From NCBI GenBank assembly GCA_965250005.1, contig OZ252279.1, positions 630,001-662,000 on the forward strand: a DNA stretch of 32,000 bases. The letters run 5' to 3'. The notes beneath the pieces were generated by a model, which was not told where the DNA came from, did not search any database, and worked only from the letters and a program-made list of their open reading frames with translations. This document shows positions 26,153 to 32,000 of this stretch, piece after piece. This stretch comes from Demequinaceae bacterium. Its GTDB lineage: Bacteria; Actinomycetota; Actinomycetes; Actinomycetales; Demequinaceae. Every line of letters begins with the position of its first letter. The first letter of the stretch is position 1. Made by a program: the position numbers and the translations under genes.

Positions 26153-27355
26153 GTGAACTCGACATTCAACGAACCGCGCCCCTCGGCCCTCCTGCTCCTA
26201 GGCGGTGGACGCGACGGCGAGTCCGAGAAGGGCGTCGACTGCCCGGGTGGCCTGCCCTCGCCCAGCGACCCTAATCTGATGGCCCGCGCGGTCGCGGCAC
26301 GCAAGACGCTCGGCGACCGAGCGTTCATCCTCGGCCACCACTATCAGCGCGACGAGGTGATCCAGTTTGCAGACGTCAAGGGCGACTCGTTCAAGCTGGC
26401 CCGCGAAGCGGCCGCCCGCCCGGAGGCAGAGTTCATCATCTTCTGTGGCGTGCACTTCATGGCCGAGAGCGCGGACATCCTTACAGGCGACCACCAGGCC
26501 GTGATTCTGCCGGATATGGCGGCCGGGTGCTCGATGGCCGACATGGCCAACATCAGCCAGGTGGAGGACGCCTGGGAGTCGATGGCCGAGGCCGGTGTCA
26601 CCAATGCGACCATCCCCGTCACGTACATGAATTCGACAGCGGCGATCAAGGCGTTCTGCGGCCGCAACCGCGGCGTAGTGTGCACGTCTTCAAATGCGGA
26701 GGTCGCGCTGCGCTGGGCGTTCGACCAGGTGGGCGGTATCGAGGGCGACGGCAAAGTCATGTTCTTCCCGGACCAGCACCTGGGGCGCAACACAGCGGTG
26801 CTCCAGCTCGGCCTAAACCTGGACGACTGCGTTCTTTACGACCCTCGCAAGCCGCTGGGAGGCAACACGATCAAGGAGCTGCGTGCGGCGCGCGTGATCC
26901 TGTGGCGCGGCCACTGCAGTGTGCACGGCAGGTTCCGCAAAGAGCATGTGGACGCGGCTCGAGCCAGGGTTCCTGGAATCAACGTTCTCGTCCACCCCGA
27001 GTGCGTGCACGAGGTGGTGCTGGACGCGGACTACGTGGGTTCGACCGAGTACATCATCAACACCGTCGAGGCTGCCGAACCCGGCAGTGCATGGGTGATC
27101 GGCACCGAGCTCAATTTGGTGCGCAGGCTCGCGAATGCTCACCCCGACAAGACGATCTTGTTCCTTGAGGACACGGTGTGTTTCTGCTCGACCATGAACC
27201 GCATCGACTTGCCGCACCTCGTGTGGGCCATGGAGTCGCTGATTCTGGGCGAGGTCCCCAACCGCATCGTCGTTGATGTCGAGACCACGATGCAGGCGAA
27301 AGTTGCACTCGACCGCATGCTCAATCTGCCCGCGCCAAATACAGATCTCGACTAG
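26153..27355 (+). CDS. nadA: quinolinate synthase
   Basis: FILGHHYQRDEVIQFADVKGDSFKLAREAA, CGVHFMAESADIL, PDMAAGCSMADM, THPECVHEVV-like VHPECVHEVVLDAD, GTELNLVRRLA. GTG start at 26153 inside the listed ORF. Confidence 0.94.
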   Translation: MNSTFNEPRPSALLLLGGGRDGESEKGVDCPGGLPSPSDPNLMARAVAARKTLGDRAFILGHHYQRDEVIQFADVKGDSFKLAREAAARPEAEFIIFCGVHFMAESADILTGDHQAVILPDMAAGCSMADMANISQVEDAWESMAEAGVTNATIPVTYMNSTAAIKAFCGRNRGVVCTSSNAEVALRWAFDQVGGIEGDGKVMFFPDQHLGRNTAVLQLGLNLDDCVLYDPRKPLGGNTIKELRAARVILWRGHCSVHGRFRKEHVDAARARVPGINVLVHPECVHEVVLDADYVGSTEYIINTVEAAEPGSAWVIGTELNLVRRLANAHPDKTILFLEDTVCFCSTMNRIDLPHLVWAMESLILGEVPNRIVVDVETTMQAKVALDRMLNLPAPNTDLD

Positions 27356-27402
27356 CCGCCCGGCCGGGCGAGCGGCGCCGTGCCCGTCGGTATAGTTCAA
27401 CC

Positions 27403-27957
27403 ATGGCCGCAAAGAAACCAGACGAATCGAAGCACACCGAAGGCAAGGGCCACGCGACGCCCACGCGCAAACAGCAGGAGGCGCTACGAAAGCGCCCGCT
27501 AGTGCTCGACACCAAGAAGAACTCGAAGGCGCGGCGACAGAAAGGCAAGACGCAACGCCAGCGCGAGTACGACGCCATGCAGAACGGTGACGCGCAAAAT
27601 ATGCCCCCGCAGCATGCGGGTTTAGTTCGCAAATTCGCCAGGGACTACATTGACTCCCGACTAACCATCGGCGAGTTCATGCTGCCCATCACGCTGGTCG
27701 CGCTTGGCATCATGATGTTCGGCGGAGCTCTCGATACTGTCGTGGCAATCACGGGTCTTGCAATCATGCTGCTTTTCTTCACGTGGATTGTTGAGACAAT
27801 TCTGGTGGTCAATCGCATGCGCAAGGCAGCCATCGAGAAATTTGGCGCGGACAAGGTCACCGGCGCGTACCGCTGGTATGGACTTCAACGCCTGTCGCAA
27901 ATGCGCGTGCTGCGCATGCCCAAGCCTCAGGTGCGGCGCGGCGAGCGCCCCTCGTAG
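27403..27957 (+). CDS. DUF3043 domain-containing membrane protein
   Basis: Basic N-terminus GKGHATPTRKQQEALRKRPLV..., then RDYIDSRLTIGEFMLPITLVALGIMMFG and a second TM pair; characteristic of the actinobacterial DUF3043 family. Confidence 0.88.
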   Translation: MAAKKPDESKHTEGKGHATPTRKQQEALRKRPLVLDTKKNSKARRQKGKTQRQREYDAMQNGDAQNMPPQHAGLVRKFARDYIDSRLTIGEFMLPITLVALGIMMFGGALDTVVAITGLAIMLLFFTWIVETILVVNRMRKAAIEKFGADKVTGAYRWYGLQRLSQMRVLRMPKPQVRRGERPS

Positions 27958-28080
27958 ACTGCTCCAGAGTCGTCGCAGCCCATGGCGAACACCCTCGTCC
28001 TCAGCGCGTCAGCACGCAGCACGTCAACCGGTCAACACGCGGGCGGCAACGGTTGAAACGTATCGATATAGCCTGTGACC

Positions 28081-29091
28081 ATGGTCAATTATCGCTACTT
28101 AGGTGACTCCGGCCTCAAAATCACGGAGATCGTCTACGGCAACTGGCTCACACACGGGTCGCAGATCGAAAATGACCAGGCCCGCGCGTGCGTGAAGGCA
28201 GCGCTCGACGCAGGCATTACATCCTTCGACACCGCTGACGCGTACGCCGGCACCAAAGCTGAAACCGTGCTCGGCGAAATCCTCAAGGGCGAGAACCGCG
28301 AACAGATCGAGGTCTTCACCAAGACCTTCTGGGGCACCGGTCCTGGCGTCAACGAGAAGGGCCTCAGCCGCAAATACCTGCGCCGCTCGATCGACGACTC
28401 GCTGCGTCGGCTACAGATGGATTACGTGGACGTGTGGCTCGCCCACCGCTACGACAATGAAACGCCACTTGAAGAGACGCTGCAGGCCGTCAAGATCGCG
28501 ATCGACCAAGGAAAGGTCTTGTACTTCGGTGTGAGCGAGTGGCCCGCGGAAAAAATCGGCCAGGCTACCAAAATGTCTAAAGAGATGGGCTTCCAGATAG
28601 TCGCCTCGCAGCCCCAATACTCGATGCTGCACCGCGTGATCGAGGAAGAAGTTATCCCCGCATGCGAGGACGGCGGCATCGGCCAAATCGTGTTTTCCCC
28701 CATCGCTCAAGGCGTATTGACGGGCAAATACCTGCCCGGACAGCCAGTCCCCGAGGGGTCGCGCGCGACAGATGAGGCGGGTGGAAAAGGCATGATCCGT
28801 CGGCAACTCGACCGCGAGGGTCTTCTCGCTGCGGTGCAGAACCTCAAGCCAATCGCCGACGGCCTCGGCCTCACCATGGCGCAACTCGCGGTGGCGTGGG
28901 TGCTGCAAAACCCGAATGTGTCCGCAGCCATCATGGGCGCGTCGCGCCCCGAGCAGGTCATGGACAATGCCAAGGCTTCAGGCACCGATATCCCGGCCGA
29001 CGCCATGCAGAATATCGACGATGCGCTGGACGGATTCATCACGCACGACCCGCAACTAACCATCACGGGAAACCCCAGCGGGCGCCCATAG
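28081..29091 (+). CDS. aldo/keto reductase family protein (voltage-gated K+ channel beta-subunit-like)
   Basis: MVNYRYLGDSGLKITEIVYGNWLTHG ... GITSFDTADAYAGTKAETVLGEIL ... RSIDDSLRRLQMDYVDVW. An alternative GTG start lies at 28075. Confidence 0.93.
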   Translation: MVNYRYLGDSGLKITEIVYGNWLTHGSQIENDQARACVKAALDAGITSFDTADAYAGTKAETVLGEILKGENREQIEVFTKTFWGTGPGVNEKGLSRKYLRRSIDDSLRRLQMDYVDVWLAHRYDNETPLEETLQAVKIAIDQGKVLYFGVSEWPAEKIGQATKMSKEMGFQIVASQPQYSMLHRVIEEEVIPACEDGGIGQIVFSPIAQGVLTGKYLPGQPVPEGSRATDEAGGKGMIRRQLDREGLLAAVQNLKPIADGLGLTMAQLAVAWVLQNPNVSAAIMGASRPEQVMDNAKASGTDIPADAMQNIDDALDGFITHDPQLTITGNPSGRP

Positions 29092-29116
29092 TTCCAAGAT
29101 TCGCGGCCCCGTCCGC

Positions 29117-29160
29117 AAACAGAAGGCCCCAAGGCCGCTTGGCCTTGGGGCCTTCTGTTT
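29117..29160. terminator. strong hairpin (20-bp perfect stem, 4-nt loop) downstream of the aldo/keto reductase
   Basis: aaacagaaggccccaaggcc - gctt - ggccttggggccttctgttt. Confidence 0.9.
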
Positions 29161-29174
29161 CAAAGGAGAAAACA

Positions 29175-29273
29175 ATGCCTCGTACGTCTGGCAGGTACGT
29201 ACATAGTGGTAACGGCAATATGTGCCAAAAAGTTCCCGGAGCTGTCAATTTGATCGGGCGCAATTGCGCCTAG
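29175..29273 (+). CDS. candidate small ORF, 32 aa: MPRTSGRYVHSGNGNMCQKVPGAVNLIGRNCA
   Basis: ATG preceded by aaaggagaaaaca (strong Shine-Dalgarno). Locally lower GC than neighbouring genes. Stop overlaps the 3' end of pyrD on the opposite strand. Confidence 0.35.
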   Translation: MPRTSGRYVHSGNGNMCQKVPGAVNLIGRNCA

Positions 29274-30283
29274 CGGCGAGTGAGCGCTGCATTGAGCCGC
29301 GCGGGCCAGGCCGGTCCGCGGTACACAATCGCGGTGTAGCCCTGCAGTAGCGTCGCCCCGGCGGCGAGCATTTCTTGCGCGTCATCAACCGTTTCGATGC
29401 CGCCCACGCCCACAATGCACGCCTCCGGGCCCATCCGCGCGCGCAGCCTCGCGACCACCTCAAGCGCGCGCTCGCGCACCGGTGGACCCGAAAGCCCCCC
29501 CGGGCCGCGGTTGTGCTTGACGGTGGTGTTGGCGGCCACCACGCCGTCGAGTCTGAGTTCCGTCGCTAAGTCTGCGACGGCGTCCACATCTGCATCTGCG
29601 AGGTCCGGGGCGATTTTCACCAGTAACGGCACATGGCGCTCGGTTGCGGCGTCGGCCGCGGCGCGGGTTGCCTCGAGAATGGGCCTCAGCGACTTTGTCG
29701 CCTGCAAGTCGCGTAGACCCGGGGTATTCGGCGATGACACGTTGACCACTAGGTAGTCCGCGTATCGCGCTAGCAGCCGCGCGGAGTACGCATAGTCGGC
29801 CGCCGCGTCATCTGGCGCTGTCACCTTGGTCTTGCCGATGTTGACGCCAACCAGCAACTTTCGGCCCGCTCGCGTGGCGCGTAGCCTCCGGAGCCGACGA
29901 GCCACACCATCGGCGCCCTCGTTGTTGAAGCCCATCCGATTGCGCAGGCCACGCACGTCGAGCTCGCGCCACGATCGCGGCTTGTCGTTGCCTGACTGCG
30001 CCTTTGCGGTAATAGTGCCAACCTCGACGTGCGAGAAGCCGATCGCGCTGAGCCCGCGCACCGCGGTTGCGTTCTTATCCAACCCTGCCGCTAGACCCAG
30101 CGGCCCAGGGAATGTGATCCCCATGGCTTCCACCGCGCCACTGGGGTCAGGGCGCGGATAGAGGCCGGTGGCGCGAGCCAAGCGAGCGGTCCAGCCCCCC
30201 CAGCGGATTGCCGCCAACCCTGCAGCGTGCGCGGTCTCAGGGTCGAGACGGCATATCACCACGCGAAAGAAGAGTGCGTACAC
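29270..30283 (-). CDS. pyrD: dihydroorotate dehydrogenase (quinone, class 2)
   Basis: MYALFFRVVICRLDPETAHAAG ... NPLGLAAGLDKNA-like FPGPLGLAAGLDKNATAV ... RMGFNNEG ... VNVSSPNTPGLRDLQ ... GVGGIETVDDAQEMLAAGATLLQGYTAIVY. Confidence 0.96.
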   Translation of the reverse strand: MYALFFRVVICRLDPETAHAAGLAAIRWGGWTARLARATGLYPRPDPSGAVEAMGITFPGPLGLAAGLDKNATAVRGLSAIGFSHVEVGTITAKAQSGNDKPRSWRELDVRGLRNRMGFNNEGADGVARRLRRLRATRAGRKLLVGVNIGKTKVTAPDDAAADYAYSARLLARYADYLVVNVSSPNTPGLRDLQATKSLRPILEATRAAADAATERHVPLLVKIAPDLADADVDAVADLATELRLDGVVAANTTVKHNRGPGGLSGPPVRERALEVVARLRARMGPEACIVGVGGIETVDDAQEMLAAGATLLQGYTAIVYRGPAWPARLNAALTRR

Positions 30284-30315
30284 GCACTCAAACTATCGCT
30301 AGATACCATCGGGGC

Positions 30316-31764
30316 ATGACGTCTCTCAATGCAACGGACCTGGACCTGGCCACCATCGAAGCCGACGCGCTCATCTTGGGTGTGATCGGCGACGGCGAGG
30401 TCACCGCGCACGCGCAGCTTTCCGAGGAGGTGCGCGCCGCAATCGCCGCAACTGCCGCGTCCCTCGACCCGAGCTCAAAAGTGGGTGCGGTCACTGTCCT
30501 CCCTCACGACAAGGTTGCCTCCAAGCGGGTCGTTCTCGTGGGATTGGGCGAAGGCCATGACGGCGACCTGCGCGAGGCCGCCGGATCTGCCGCGCGTTCG
30601 TGCGGCAAGAAGCCCTCCCTCGTAGCCGTCGGACTGCCCGGCCTGACGGATAGCGCGCAGTCCGCAACCGCCGAGGGGGCCGTGCTCGGCGCCTACTTCT
30701 TCAACGACTATAAGTCCGACGAGGTCGAAGCCGCATACCAAGGCGCCGAATGGCTCATTGCCGGCGCATCGGATGTGGCGATAGCGGCGGCCAAGACTGT
30801 CGCAGGAGCTGTTGCTGGTGCGCGCGACCTGGTGAACACGGCACCGCTCGACCTCTACCCCGCCACGTTCGCCGAGGCGGCCGTGGGGCTCGGCGTGGCC
30901 GGCAACGTGGACGTCCGGGTGTGGGAGCCACAGGATTTGGCGAACGAAGGCTTCGGCGGAATCCTCGCCGTCGGCATGGGTTCCTCCCGGTTGCCCCGCT
31001 TGGTCCGCATCGAGTGGAAACCCGAGGGCGCCAAGCAGACCGTGGCGCTGGTGGGCAAGGGCATCACATTCGACTCGGGCGGCCTCTCGCTCAAGCCGCC
31101 GCAGTCCATGGAGACCATGAAGTCAGACATGGCTGGCGCCGCCGCTGTCATGCACATCGTCCTCGCGGCCGCGCGTTCCGAGCTCAAGATTGGCGTGACC
31201 GGCTGGCTGTGCTTGGCGGAGAATCTGCCGTCGGCCACCGCCCAGCGACCAAGCGACGTCATTCGCATTTACGGCGGCAAGTCCGTTGAGGTCCTCAATA
31301 CCGATGCCGAGGGCCGCCTGGTACTCGCAGACGGGCTCGTCCGCGCGTGCGAAGAGAAGCCGAGCATGGTGATCGATATCGCGACACTCACGGGCGCGCA
31401 AGGCATAGCACTCGGATCGCGGACCTCAGGCGTGATGGGCACCCCCAACGAGCGGGCCGAAATGGTCGCAGCAGCCGACGAGGTAGACGAGCCGATGTGG
31501 GCCATGCCGCTGCCCGAGTACCTACTCGAGACCGTGAAGTCCAAGCTCGCGGACCTGAAAAACATCGGGGAGCGCAGTATGGCAGGAATGTTGAGCGCTG
31601 GAGTGTTCCTTGGCGAGTTCGTCGGGGACACGCCGTGGGTCCACATGGACATCGCACGGCCATCGTTTAATGAGGGTAAGCCCTTCGGATTCACGCCAGC
31701 CGGCGGAACGGGTGCCGCCGTGCGGACCGTGCTGCGGTTCCTCGAGAAGCGCGCCGGAGCCTAG
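30316..31764 (+). CDS. pepA: leucyl aminopeptidase (M17)
   Basis: LVGKGITFDSGGLSLKPPQSMETMKSDMAGAA and the M17 signature NTDAEGRLVLAD. Start at MTSLNATDLD inside the listed ORF. Confidence 0.96.
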   Translation: MTSLNATDLDLATIEADALILGVIGDGEVTAHAQLSEEVRAAIAATAASLDPSSKVGAVTVLPHDKVASKRVVLVGLGEGHDGDLREAAGSAARSCGKKPSLVAVGLPGLTDSAQSATAEGAVLGAYFFNDYKSDEVEAAYQGAEWLIAGASDVAIAAAKTVAGAVAGARDLVNTAPLDLYPATFAEAAVGLGVAGNVDVRVWEPQDLANEGFGGILAVGMGSSRLPRLVRIEWKPEGAKQTVALVGKGITFDSGGLSLKPPQSMETMKSDMAGAAAVMHIVLAAARSELKIGVTGWLCLAENLPSATAQRPSDVIRIYGGKSVEVLNTDAEGRLVLADGLVRACEEKPSMVIDIATLTGAQGIALGSRTSGVMGTPNERAEMVAAADEVDEPMWAMPLPEYLLETVKSKLADLKNIGERSMAGMLSAGVFLGEFVGDTPWVHMDIARPSFNEGKPFGFTPAGGTGAAVRTVLRFLEKRAGA

Positions 31765-31796
31765 AGCGCCCGCGCGCTGCAGTCACCAACTACGGT

Positions 31797-32000
31797 CTAC
31801 CAGCTGCCGGATTCGCGCTTCTTGCGCACCGCGTCCGACGCGTCAGTCTGCTTTTTCCGTTGAGCCGCGCTCCATTCGCGCATGCGCGACGGGTACCCGC
31901 TCAGGTTCACGTCGTAGGCGGCGATGCCAAGCTCGCGTGCCAGTTTCTGAGCGGATTTTGCGTCAGGAACGCGGCGCCTCGTCCACTCTCCCGTTCCGCC
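31797..32000 (-). CDS. 3' end of an unidentified CDS running off the right edge (...GTGEWTRRRVPDAKSAQKLARELGIAAYDVNLSGYPSRMREWSAAQRKKQTDASDAVRKKRESGSW*)
   Basis: Continuous reverse-strand frame from the window edge to a TAG at 31799-31797; coding-like composition, family not recognised. Confidence 0.5.
   Translation of the reverse strand, partial: GGTGEWTRRRVPDAKSAQKLARELGIAAYDVNLSGYPSRMREWSAAQRKKQTDASDAVRKKRESGSW

Noticed and set aside
1-32000. CRISPR arrays, IS/transposase, integrase, toxin-antitoxin, restriction-modification or biosynthetic clusters
   Set aside because: No direct-repeat/spacer pattern, terminal inverted repeats with a transposase, or defence/BGC family motifs were seen. 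Nearly all space is explained by conserved metabolic and respiratory genes.

Overview
This window is a GC-rich actinobacterial chromosome segment that looks like conserved housekeeping DNA. Gene order resembles the Mycobacterium tuberculosis Rv2175c-Rv2213 region, recalled from general knowledge rather than searched. From left to right it holds: a DUF4192-like protein, an Rv2175c-like DNA-binding protein divergent from a PASTA Ser/Thr kinase, class II DAHP synthase, PPi-type phosphofructokinase, a 1-acyl-glycerol-3-phosphate acyltransferase-like protein, ROK glucokinase, long-chain acyl-CoA ligase, a small Cys-rich protein, a DEDD-exonuclease/GIY-YIG fusion, an ankyrin-repeat protein, trpD and a receiver-like protein. 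These are followed by ctaE-qcrC-qcrA-qcrB, superoxide dismutase, a secreted Asp/His-rich protein, ctaF-ctaD-ctaC, a class V aminotransferase/cysteine desulfurase, an erpA-like gene, a small membrane protein, a glycerate kinase family protein, nadA, a DUF3043-like membrane protein, an aldo/keto reductase, pyrD and pepA. I found no CRISPR array, mobile element, tRNA/rRNA, prophage or defence locus, and no convincing undescribed multigene system. The items most worth a second look are a 32-codon sORF with a good Shine-Dalgarno directly behind a 20-bp perfect hairpin (29117-29273), the secreted acidic Asp/His-rich protein between sod and the cytochrome oxidase genes, a degenerate stand-alone receiver next to ctaE, a small CxxC/CxxC protein, and long hairpins near 18.3 kb and 19.2 kb. 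Many ORFs in the supplied track are antisense shadow ORFs typical of high-GC DNA. Several real genes start internally to the listed ORFs, and the starts have been adjusted below.
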